Both the position numbers and the translations under genes were made by a program. Source: an uncultured Acidobacteriota bacterium (GTDB lineage Bacteria; Acidobacteriota; Terriglobia; Terriglobales; Acidobacteriaceae). From it: a stretch of DNA of 64,000 bases. Numbering within the stretch: position 1 is the first letter of the stretch; every line of letters begins with the position of its first letter. Shown one piece after another: positions 18,550-26,976 of the stretch. Below the pieces are notes generated by a model. It did not search any database, had not been told where the DNA came from, and saw nothing but the letters and a program-made list of their open reading frames with translations. The stretch lies in NCBI GenBank assembly GCA_963747105.1, contig CAVVEC010000002.1, positions 219,438-283,437 on the forward strand, written 5' to 3'.

Positions 18550-20014
18550 ATGATCCTTTTCTACAACCCGAAAGCGACGAGGTTCCGCAACCGTCGGCTA
18601 CCGCTGTCGATCCTGGCAATCGCCGCAGTCCTGGAAGGAAAGGAGGAATACGCCATCGTAGATGGCAATCTCGATCCCCACCCCACCGAAAGCCTGATCG
18701 CGCTGATTCAAGAGCATTCGGTCGAACTGCTGGCGGTCACCGTTATGCCCGGGCCGCAGACCGTCGGCGCCGTCGCAAGCTGCCGTGAGATTCGCGCCTG
18801 CTTTCCGCAAATTCCGATCGTTTGGGGAGGCTATTTCGCCTACGAACTACACTTCGGCTGCGCTCAACGCTGGCTACGTCGATTATGCGGTTCGCGGTCA
18901 GGGGGAACTAACGCTGCTGGAGCTGCTCGAGGCGATTCGCGGACACCGCGAACTGAAGAGTGTATCCGGACTCTCCTACAAGGACGCCGACGGAGCTCCA
19001 CGCCACAATCCCGAACGTCCGATGAGAAGTCCTGACGATTTTCCGTGGTACCCGTATCATCGCATTCCGGTGGAAAAATATCTTCTGCCTACGTTTCTTG
19101 GCCGACGTACCGCAGTCCACCAAGCCAGCATTGGCTGCCCCTTTCGCTGCAACTTTTGCGGAGTGGTCAATTTTTCTGGAAGCCGCGAAAAAATGGAAGC
19201 GCCCGCCAGGACGGGAGATGTTCTGCGCCATCTGGCCCAAACTTACGGCGTCGACGCGGTCCAGTTCTACGACAACAACTTCTTCTTGCGCGAAGATCAC
19301 ACCCGCGAGCTGGTCGACCGCATTGCGCCGCTCAACCTGCGCTGGTGGTGCGAAGGCCGAACCGACATCATGATGGGTTACTCGGACGCCACCTTCGAAG
19401 CCATTCGCCGTGCCGGCTGCGCCATGATTTTCTTTGGCGCCGAGTCCGGCTCGAACGAAGTTCTGAAGGAAATGAAAAAGGATCTCTGCGCGGAAGATAC
19501 GCTGGCTCTGGCCTCGCGCATTCGCCGCTTCGGTATTATTCCCGAGTTTTCCATCATCTTCGGGAATCCCAAAGATCCCGAAGGAGATACGCGCGACTGT
19601 ATCCGGTTCATCCGGCAGTTGAAGCGACTGAATCCGGACGCGGAGATCATCGTTGAGCACTACACTCCGGTGCCGCAGCGCACGCGGATGTATGGCGACG
19701 TCGAGGATCAGATTCAATTTCCTACCACACCGGACGAGTGGGCCACAGAACGCTGGCAGCGATTCGCCACTCAGAAGGATCCCAGGACGCCTTGGCTCAG
19801 GCCTTGCACCAAGCAGTTGATCGACAACTTTGAGCTGGTAGTGTCTTCCCGCTGGCCGACCGTTCAGGATCTTCGACTGCCCAGCTGGGGACGATGGGTG
19901 CTCAAGATTCTAAGCAGCTGGCGCTACAAGCTGGGTGTGTATGCGACGCCGCTGGAACTCAGATGGGCGCAGCAGTTCATCGCCCTTCGCAAACCGAAGG
20001 AGGAGAGCTTGTGA
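18550..20014 (+). CDS. B12-binding-domain radical SAM protein (paralog of 16972-18483); 1-nt insertion near 18838
   Basis: MILFYNPKATRFRNRRLPLSILAIAAVLEGKEEYAIVDGN...IVWGGYF continues in the next frame as PTNYTSAALNAGYVDYAVRGQGE...ASIGCPFRCNFCGV...FFGAESGSNEVLKEMKKD. The shift maps to tatttcGcctacg. Confidence 0.85.
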
Positions 20015-20769
20015 TCTCGTCCCGAAGCGTCGGCGCAGGTTTGCCGGAGGCCCTCGGACAAGAGCCGATTGCGGCTTCGCGGGAAGCGGCACTGGTTGAC
20101 CCCAGGGAAGGTTACGAGCGTTGGGCCGCGAGCTACGATCAATTCCCCAATCCTCTTCTCGCTCGCGAAGAGCGTTATCTCATGCCTTTGCTTCCCGACC
20201 TGACTGGAAACGTCGTTCTCGACCTCGCCTGCGGCACCGGGCGATGGCTGCAAAAGCTTCTGGAACGCGGGGCCCGTTTGGGAATTGGAGTCGACTACTC
20301 AACCGCCATGTTGCGAGTCGCCAGCCTCAAAGTCGCAATCCCATGCCAGCTGGCGAGAGCCGATTGCCTTAGACTTCCGTTTCGCGCTTCGGTCTTCGAT
20401 CTTGCCGTCTGCTCATTCGCCCTGAGCCACGTCCAAGACTTGAGGCAAATGGCGCGCGAGTTAGCGCATGTGATGAAGCCGGATGCGGTGGTTTTCATCA
20501 GCGATCTTCATCCGGAGGCCTACGCCCGAGGATGGCGCACCGGTTTTCGTGATGGTCGCGGCGCTTGCCAAATCGAGGCGCAGACCCCGTCGGCTGAAGA
20601 AGTTGTCCGAGCGTTCGATTCAGGCGGGTTCGAGTGCCTGGCACGCGCCCCACTATGCATCGGTGACCCAGAAGAGGTGATCTTCACCGAAGCCGGCAAG
20701 GCCCACTTGTTTGTGGAAGCAGTTCAGCTACCGGCAGTGCTGGTCTGCCACTTCAGGCGCCGGCCGTGA
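20011..20769 (+). CDS. Class I SAM-dependent methyltransferase
   Basis: The GTG start overlaps the upstream stop (GTGA) and is preceded by AAGGAGGAG. Motifs are VVLDLACGTGRWLQKLLERGARLGIGVDYSTAML and FDLAVCSFALSHV. Confidence 0.8.
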   Translation: MISSRSVGAGLPEALGQEPIAASREAALVDPREGYERWAASYDQFPNPLLAREERYLMPLLPDLTGNVVLDLACGTGRWLQKLLERGARLGIGVDYSTAMLRVASLKVAIPCQLARADCLRLPFRASVFDLAVCSFALSHVQDLRQMARELAHVMKPDAVVFISDLHPEAYARGWRTGFRDGRGACQIEAQTPSAEEVVRAFDSGGFECLARAPLCIGDPEEVIFTEAGKAHLFVEAVQLPAVLVCHFRRRP

Positions 20770-20835
20770 AGAAGATCTTGGAAACTGAGAGATGAGCGAT
20801 TCATTTGTATTGTTTGCAGCCCCCGAGGTGGATTC

Positions 20836-22137
20836 GTGAAGCCAAGACTGGCGGAAGCAATAGTTGGGTTCATGAGCTTCTCCGGCGAGGCATGTGATCT
20901 AGCTCATCAGCTCAAGAAATTCGGCGAACGCGAGTGGTGGCGCACACTCAGATGGCTGGACGACGCCGGCTTGGCGCTTTACTTCCTGCAAAAGCTCAAA
21001 GACACAGACGCCGCCACCGTGCTGCCCGCGCGGGTCCTGTGTGGTCTCGAGAACAGGTTCACCGCCAACCGGAAGCGTATGGCTCATATGGCACGCCAGT
21101 TCGAGTTTCTGAACGCCAGGTTCCACAACAGCGGCGTGCGGTATGCGGTTCTGAAGGGGTTTTCCCTGGTTCCGCAATTCTGTCCTGATGCGTATCTGCG
21201 GCATCAGAGCGACTTTGACTACTTAGTAGACGATCAGTCACTGCCAATGGCGCGACGCGTTCTGGTGGACGCCGGATACGCCCCGAAGTCGTCCCGCTCC
21301 AGCAAGGAGTTCATTTTCCTGAGGCCCGCAATGGGAGACGTACCACCTGGCGATCAGCAATACGAAGCGCGGACGCCCTACGCAGTTGAATTGCAGCTCG
21401 ACCTCTGGGATGCCGATGCGCACAAAGTGTATTTACCATGCCCATTGTTTCTCCTGGACAACACAAGGATCCACCAATGGGATGGACTCGCGTTTCCCGT
21501 TCTTTCCGATGAGGACGCATTTTTGGTTCAGGTGTTGCATGCATGCCACCATCTTTTCACCTATTGGATGCGGATGTCCTGCCTGTTGGAGATCGGTTAC
21601 TTTTTGAAGCACCGGGCGTCGGATGCATCGCTGTGGCGCCGGATTGAGGAGCGCGTAGGAGGAAGTACCGTGCTTCGAGAGTTCGTTGTGCTTGTGACCG
21701 AACTGGCGGCGAAGCTTTTCTCAGCGCCTATTCCGCCCACGGTGAGAATTTGGGGTCAGCAAACTCGCCCAGCACCTCGCGTGTGGATTGAAAACTATGC
21801 GCGCCAGTGGGCATTTGGAGAATTACCAGCTTACCGATTCCGGTTACTTCCAAGAGCCAAGCTGGTTTTGTTTCTCCAGCAGCAGTACATGGGCAATGCC
21901 CGCGGCCAGAGAAGCTTTGTGCGAACTCAGCTGCTCCCTGTTTCGCGGTTTTCTCGCATGGGGCGGTCCATCAAAGCCGATCCTTCAATAATTCTGGAAG
22001 CCTCCTGGTGGAAACGCCAGCGTCTCGTGCAGCGGATCACTTTTCATGTTCTGGCGAGCCTCCGGTATGTGTGCGAAGTTCCCCGTTGGCGATGGCTGAA
22101 CCGAGCGAGAGCACACGCGGCTTCCCTTGAAGCGTGA
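20836..22137 (+). CDS. Uncharacterised nucleotidyltransferase family protein (NTP_transf_5-like)
   Basis: GVRYAVLKGFSLVPQFCPDAYLRHQSDFDYLVDDQSLPMARRVLVDAGY...LDLWD matches my memory of the NTP_transf_5 pattern (KG...R.(S/G)D.D.LV). The ORF is 433 aa. Confidence 0.65.
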   Translation: MKPRLAEAIVGFMSFSGEACDLAHQLKKFGEREWWRTLRWLDDAGLALYFLQKLKDTDAATVLPARVLCGLENRFTANRKRMAHMARQFEFLNARFHNSGVRYAVLKGFSLVPQFCPDAYLRHQSDFDYLVDDQSLPMARRVLVDAGYAPKSSRSSKEFIFLRPAMGDVPPGDQQYEARTPYAVELQLDLWDADAHKVYLPCPLFLLDNTRIHQWDGLAFPVLSDEDAFLVQVLHACHHLFTYWMRMSCLLEIGYFLKHRASDASLWRRIEERVGGSTVLREFVVLVTELAAKLFSAPIPPTVRIWGQQTRPAPRVWIENYARQWAFGELPAYRFRLLPRAKLVLFLQQQYMGNARGQRSFVRTQLLPVSRFSRMGRSIKADPSIILEASWWKRQRLVQRITFHVLASLRYVCEVPRWRWLNRARAHAASLEA

Positions 22138-24006
22138 TCCGCGCGTACCGGGTCCTGCATCCGCCCCGGCTAGACGTGCTCCTTCTGAGTTGAGGAACAT
22201 CAAAGCATTCGCCTTCGGTGGTGTTGGTTCTCTTTCGTGAGGACAGCGTGTTATCTGCTTCGCCCGGATCTGAACCTCATTAGAGAACACGTCGGCCACA
22301 TGGTAATATTCACGGTGGCAGATCCTTGGTGCCAAGCCGCGCAGGGGGCCGTCGAGATCAGAGTTCTTCTTTTCCATGGGGATGTCTCGCGCAGGTATAA
22401 CAAACAGCAGGTGGCCATATCCAACCTGAGCCACTGGCTTGTATCGCAGCAACCAGAACATCGGCTCATACCCGTGCCATTCGCCAACCAGACGGTTGAC
22501 GCTAACTAGAATTCTTCCGGGTTGAGGCTTTTGAGGGTCGAGTATTACATCAGGGTTCCGCTCTAAAAACTCATGTACAATGTCACCATCTTGACCGAAA
22601 TCGAGATTACTATCAACCAGGATCTTGTACGATTGCCTACGATCGAAGACCCACTCGTTCATGTAAGGAATCATGTTTGGAAAATAGCTCATCATTGAGA
22701 CGCACATCCACAGCAGCAGTAATCCCAACAATACCCTAGCCCTTAGCGGCTTGGCAGAAACATTTGAGAACGCTGCTCCAGCAACGACAACATTGATCGC
22801 CACAACTGGAAGAATGTTTCTGATGCCAAGTTCGCTTTTCCTGAACACTGAAAACCAAGTGAACAGCATCGCCGCGGCCACGAGCAACACTCCTTCCGCA
22901 ACAAGAAGTTCCTGATAGCTGCGGTTTTTCCAAATCCAGACCAGGCCTAGAAGATAGAGAACCTGCAATGGGATTGGTTCCTTAAAGAACATGGCCGCGG
23001 CATAATACGACTTGAAGCTATGGAATTGGGGATTGTAGGGGTCCCGCAACTCGCCGAGCAGATAGATCTTTCCGTACGTCAGTCCCGAGTCATCATCGTG
23101 TTTCATCATATCGAGCCCCTGCAGGAAGGAGTAGGGTAAGGGTAGGGGGAGACTGCGGAGAACAGGAACGTGTTGGAGGCTTACAAATGGCGCGCTCTCG
23201 AAACGATATGATTTCAGAGGAGTGAAAATTCGATCGAAGCAGAAGCCAACATTGATTACCAAAAGAAAAAGAACAAAGACGATCGAGATAAAACGTGCCA
23301 AATCCTTCCGACTCGGAGATGGCGAGTGAGCTTTCCTGTTAAGTGCCACAAGAACGATGAAAACCAGAACGACCGCGTACAGGTAAATCGCAAAAGACTT
23401 TGTGAGCTGAGCAAAGGCAAGTGCAACTCCACTCAGCCAAGCATTTCTGAGCGTGGGCTGGACAAGATAGTGACGGAAGAAATACAGCGACGTGATAACC
23501 CCAAGCGCAAAATATCCGTCGTTATTGGACAGGGTGCCATGCGCAATCAGATTGGGGGAGAATATGACCATGACGGAAACTGCTAACGCGGCGGCAGGCC
23601 CGTAGAGCTCACGCGCCCAGCAGTACACAAAGAAATTGAGACATAAGAGCGCAATAATGCTGGCTAAACGTGAGAAGCGTATAGAGCGAAGTATTCTCAA
23701 GGTATGGGAGGAAATGTCCCCAGCGTCGAGATATGCTGCGATCATTCGAGGGATTGCGTTCAGGGCAGCAACTGGTGACTTGCTGTTAAAAAGGGGATCT
23801 GAGCGGTCTGGCCGCAAGTGCAGAATCTGCTCGCCGTATGCGACAGACTGAGGTTCATCGTATGTCGTGCTCATCGACTTTGCCACGAGCACATCAAGCA
23901 CTCCTGCGCATCCGACAATTAGGAAAAGACACGCCAAGGTGGTTCTTGCCGACTTAGTGCGGCAGTCTGCCATTTGAAGTGAGACACTCGATGCCGGCAT
24001 ACACAA
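21985..24006 (-). CDS. GT-C-fold membrane glycosyltransferase (GT39/ArnT-PMT-like) with soluble C-terminal domain; the last ~85 codons are probably read-through past a native stop at about 22251
   Basis: It has a DE-type loop motif (TTYDEPQSVAYG) after the first TM and more than 10 hydrophobic helices. The C-terminal ...YYHVADVFSNEVQI is paralogous to the end of the 25368-26957 product (YHVAEVFSNGDQIWERNNS-stop). The tail is R/G/S/P-rich and overlaps the convergent gene by 153 nt. The region looks visibly AT-richer by eye. Confidence 0.7.
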   Translation of the reverse strand: MCMPASSVSLQMADCRTKSARTTLACLFLIVGCAGVLDVLVAKSMSTTYDEPQSVAYGEQILHLRPDRSDPLFNSKSPVAALNAIPRMIAAYLDAGDISSHTLRILRSIRFSRLASIIALLCLNFFVYCWARELYGPAAALAVSVMVIFSPNLIAHGTLSNNDGYFALGVITSLYFFRHYLVQPTLRNAWLSGVALAFAQLTKSFAIYLYAVVLVFIVLVALNRKAHSPSPSRKDLARFISIVFVLFLLVINVGFCFDRIFTPLKSYRFESAPFVSLQHVPVLRSLPLPLPYSFLQGLDMMKHDDDSGLTYGKIYLLGELRDPYNPQFHSFKSYYAAAMFFKEPIPLQVLYLLGLVWIWKNRSYQELLVAEGVLLVAAAMLFTWFSVFRKSELGIRNILPVVAINVVVAGAAFSNVSAKPLRARVLLGLLLLWMCVSMMSYFPNMIPYMNEWVFDRRQSYKILVDSNLDFGQDGDIVHEFLERNPDVILDPQKPQPGRILVSVNRLVGEWHGYEPMFWLLRYKPVAQVGYGHLLFVIPARDIPMEKKNSDLDGPLRGLAPRICHREYYHVADVFSNEVQIRAKQITRCPHEREPTPPKANALMFLNSEGARLAGADAGPGTRGSRFKGSRVCSRSVQPSPTGNFAHIPEARQNMKSDPLHETLAFPPGGFQNY

Positions 24007-24027
24007 TGCTCCAACTTACCGCCGGGT

Positions 24028-25302
24028 TTACCCGCACCGCCCTGGTTGTAAAACAAGCGGCGGCTGGGGCGGCTGGGTAAAATCGAAGCTGTCCAGCATG
24101 TTGCTCGCCGCTGAATCTCGGGGGGTTAGCGGCGGCAGACCGTAGCGCGTCTCTACGAACTTCAAGATCGACGAATGTTCGTAGATGGTATGCGAAATGT
24201 ACCCCGGTTTCGAATAGGGAGAAATGATCAATAGCGGTACGCGAGGGCCCAGTCCGAATTGGTCGATTTGTGGCGGTGGAACGTGGTCATAGAGTCCCCC
24301 GAAGTCGTCCCAAGTAATGAAGACTACAGTGGAATTCCAAGCCGGTCCCTGCATGACCGCGTTTAGAACCTGAACTGTCCAATTCTGACCGTCGCAGGGA
24401 CTTTCCGGAGGATGCTCATCGTCGGCTTCGGGTGCGAAAAGCCAGTTCATCGCTGCCAGCTTTCCATTTTCAGCATCGGTGACAAATTGTGTACCCGGTG
24501 CGAAATTCTTCGTCCACGCAGGGCCATTGCGGATATGTTTGATCGTGCTGAATGTGTTGGGCCCATCACCGTAATATTTCCAACCAATGCCTGCCTGCCC
24601 GAGACTGTCGGCCAAAGTCTTAAAGTCGAAGCAGGGCGACTGAATAGTTCGGTTGCCCTTAGAATCGATCACCGTCACAACTTCTGCCGGACTCCCGTCA
24701 CAAGCCACGCCGGACCCAAAGTGCGAACCATCGTCGATCACGCCGCCAGATTGGGCGGCAATAATATAAAAGTAGTTCGGAAGACTTGGTCCGTGGACCG
24801 ACGTGAAGTATCGATCAGCCAGAACGAAGCGATGTGCATAAGCCCAGTAGCTGGGAATGTCTTGCTCGTCCAGTTGGGTATATGCGTTCAAGGTTCCAGC
24901 ATCAATGAGGTCAAACTTGTTCATTCCCCCCCCATCCATAGCCTCGATGGCGCAATCCCAACCATTGCAAAGGTTGTCGAGTTGAGACGGATTGCCCAGG
25001 TGAGTAAGCGGTACGACTTGCCCAGTTGAGACTTTGCCAGTGGTCGCACCGTCCGCGCCAGGGAACGTACCGAAGTAATGGTCGAAGGTACGATTCTCTT
25101 TCACAACGAAGACCACATGCTGGACAACCCGAAGATCCCTTGGTCCCTGATTGCATGCCCCGACTGTAGCCATAAGAGTGCTCAGCCCCAGGGACATGGC
25201 CACTCTCTTCTTCCACTCCGTCGCTTGCCTCATCCTTCTTAACCACCTTATTGAGGTCGCAGACCCAAAACCTGATGCGAGCCGATTGTTGTCGTAGATC
25301 AA
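24028..25302 (-). CDS. Phosphoesterase-family protein (non-haemolytic phospholipase C / AcpA acid phosphatase family), probable lipoprotein
   Basis: [23 protein letters not shown] is the hallmark N-terminal motif of this family. The likely start is [27 protein letters not shown] (lipobox-like) at about 25233. Confidence 0.8.
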   Translation of the reverse strand: MIYDNNRLASGFGSATSIRWLRRMRQATEWKKRVAMSLGLSTLMATVGACNQGPRDLRVVQHVVFVVKENRTFDHYFGTFPGADGATTGKVSTGQVVPLTHLGNPSQLDNLCNGWDCAIEAMDGGGMNKFDLIDAGTLNAYTQLDEQDIPSYWAYAHRFVLADRYFTSVHGPSLPNYFYIIAAQSGGVIDDGSHFGSGVACDGSPAEVVTVIDSKGNRTIQSPCFDFKTLADSLGQAGIGWKYYGDGPNTFSTIKHIRNGPAWTKNFAPGTQFVTDAENGKLAAMNWLFAPEADDEHPPESPCDGQNWTVQVLNAVMQGPAWNSTVVFITWDDFGGLYDHVPPPQIDQFGLGPRVPLLIISPYSKPGYISHTIYEHSSILKFVETRYGLPPLTPRDSAASNMLDSFDFTQPPQPPLVLQPGRCG

Positions 25303-25367
25303 TTTACCAACAAGACGCGTCTGTTGCTATTGCCTGCTCTTGATCGCCGTTTACCACCGGCGGTTGC

Positions 25368-26957
25368 TCACGAGTTGTTTCGTTCCCAGATCTGATCCCC
25401 ATTGGAGAACACTTCGGCTACATGGTAATGCGCATGCAAGTAACTGCGCATAGGACCGAGATGATCGCCCGCAGGATGGAGGACAGCCTCGGCCTCATGG
25501 TCCAAGCCGCTGTACCAACTCACGAATCGCACCTGGTGCTTTTCTAACGCTTGCACCGCATCTTGCACCTCTTCTGGCCTGGTGTAGTCGGTGGGTCGAA
25601 GGAAGGGCACGCGACCAACATTCTGCAGCCGAAGCGTGAAGGCGATAAGATGGTCGCCGAAGAAATAATCGGAAGGCCGGGTTCGCGCGGAGACCCATTT
25701 ACACTTCTCGTACAGTACCGGTTCGAAAAAAGCTGTCCGACCGGTGGGAAGACTTAAAATGGCCTTCCAGCGTGTCTGCGTGACGATTGGCCTCGCGATG
25801 GCTAACGCCAGAGCGGTTGCCCAAGCCGTGCGCAACAGAATTTTCTCAGTCTTGAATGCAGGCTTCAGAAACCAAACCAGCAGAACCAGCGCGGGCAGCG
25901 AGGCTACGTACAACCTGCTGTACGCCGGCGCCAGCGCCACGCTGCTAAGCAAAGACAGTCCCGTGATGTTGACGAGCATTAGCCGATCCCATGGTTCGTC
26001 TGGCCGCCGCCGCTCGCGCCACCAACGCACAAAGAACAGGATGTAAATCAATGGGATGAGCGCGTGAATAAAGCAAAATGCCGTCAAGTCTGGCCAGTTC
26101 GTCCAAGAATGAATCAACGGCCGCCCTGTCATATAGACTCTAAAGTTATTGAAATAGTCTGCAGGGTAATACTTGGTGACAAATACCATCGTGAAGTACA
26201 GAAATCGTTTTATACCCACCTTCCAAATAAAATAGGAGTTGAATGCCACGATCGGAGAAAGAAAACCGGCGAATAGGAAAGCCTCCTTCTTCAGCAGAAC
26301 GCTCCATTCTTCCTCGCAGCTATATCTCTCCCATACCAGGTACAGAGCTAAGCCTAGGGCTCCCGCCGCGATCGACTGGGTAAAACACACCCCCACTCCC
26401 CAGAAGAATCCAGCCCAGAGCAGGTTCGTCTCGGTTCTCTTTTCCATCACGAGGGCAAGAGCAGCCGTTCCCGCCAGAGTGCTGAACCAGTGGTGCGTGG
26501 CGTCCAGATAGCTTGAGAAAGGCAGGGCAAGAAAAAGGAAAGCGGGCAACAATGCCGCAGGACCTGTTAGCACCTTCTTCGAGATCCCAATGCAGAGCCA
26601 AGCGGTGAGCACCCCGATCAGGACCAATATGGCCTGAGGAACCCAAGCTCGGACACCAAACAGCCTGAAAAGTGCCGCGTAAAGGACGTCTGTACCAGGG
26701 GTCGTAAAATGATCGTAATCGCGGTAAATCAGTTGACCTTCATACATTCGTGCGGCGTGATGCAGATAGATGCCCTGGTCACCAGCTGCGACGTGTGGTA
26801 TGTCGGGAAGAATAAACACCTGCAGATACAGAAAAGCGCCGCATGACAGCAGGGCGAGTGGCACGAGCCACTTTCGGCGTAAGAACATAGTTGAAGGGAC
26901 CGCTGAAACCTCATGGTCAGCGGGTCGGGCAGGTTGTTTATGCAGTAACACTTGCAT
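25368..26957 (-). CDS. Polytopic membrane protein, GT-C-like (ArnT/PMT-related) with soluble C-terminal domain
   Basis: It has about 12 hydrophobic helices and an early periplasmic loop AAGDQGIYLHHAARMYEG. Its C-terminal domain is shared with the 21985-24006 product. Confidence 0.6.
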   Translation of the reverse strand: MQVLLHKQPARPADHEVSAVPSTMFLRRKWLVPLALLSCGAFLYLQVFILPDIPHVAAGDQGIYLHHAARMYEGQLIYRDYDHFTTPGTDVLYAALFRLFGVRAWVPQAILVLIGVLTAWLCIGISKKVLTGPAALLPAFLFLALPFSSYLDATHHWFSTLAGTAALALVMEKRTETNLLWAGFFWGVGVCFTQSIAAGALGLALYLVWERYSCEEEWSVLLKKEAFLFAGFLSPIVAFNSYFIWKVGIKRFLYFTMVFVTKYYPADYFNNFRVYMTGRPLIHSWTNWPDLTAFCFIHALIPLIYILFFVRWWRERRRPDEPWDRLMLVNITGLSLLSSVALAPAYSRLYVASLPALVLLVWFLKPAFKTEKILLRTAWATALALAIARPIVTQTRWKAILSLPTGRTAFFEPVLYEKCKWVSARTRPSDYFFGDHLIAFTLRLQNVGRVPFLRPTDYTRPEEVQDAVQALEKHQVRFVSWYSGLDHEAEAVLHPAGDHLGPMRSYLHAHYHVAEVFSNGDQIWERNNS

Positions 26958-26976
26958 TGCTTGTCCTGGTAGCAGG

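Noticed and set aside
20792-20839. 15-codon ORF (MSDSFVLFAAPEVDS) whose stop overlaps the GTG start of the NTP_transf_5 gene; considered as a RiPP precursor for the HprK-like kinases (C-terminal Ser)
   Set aside because: It is too short for a leader plus core, and there is no spaced Shine-Dalgarno (GAGAG abuts the ATG). It could equally be a frame-shifted N-terminus of the downstream gene. It is kept only as something to check for conservation.
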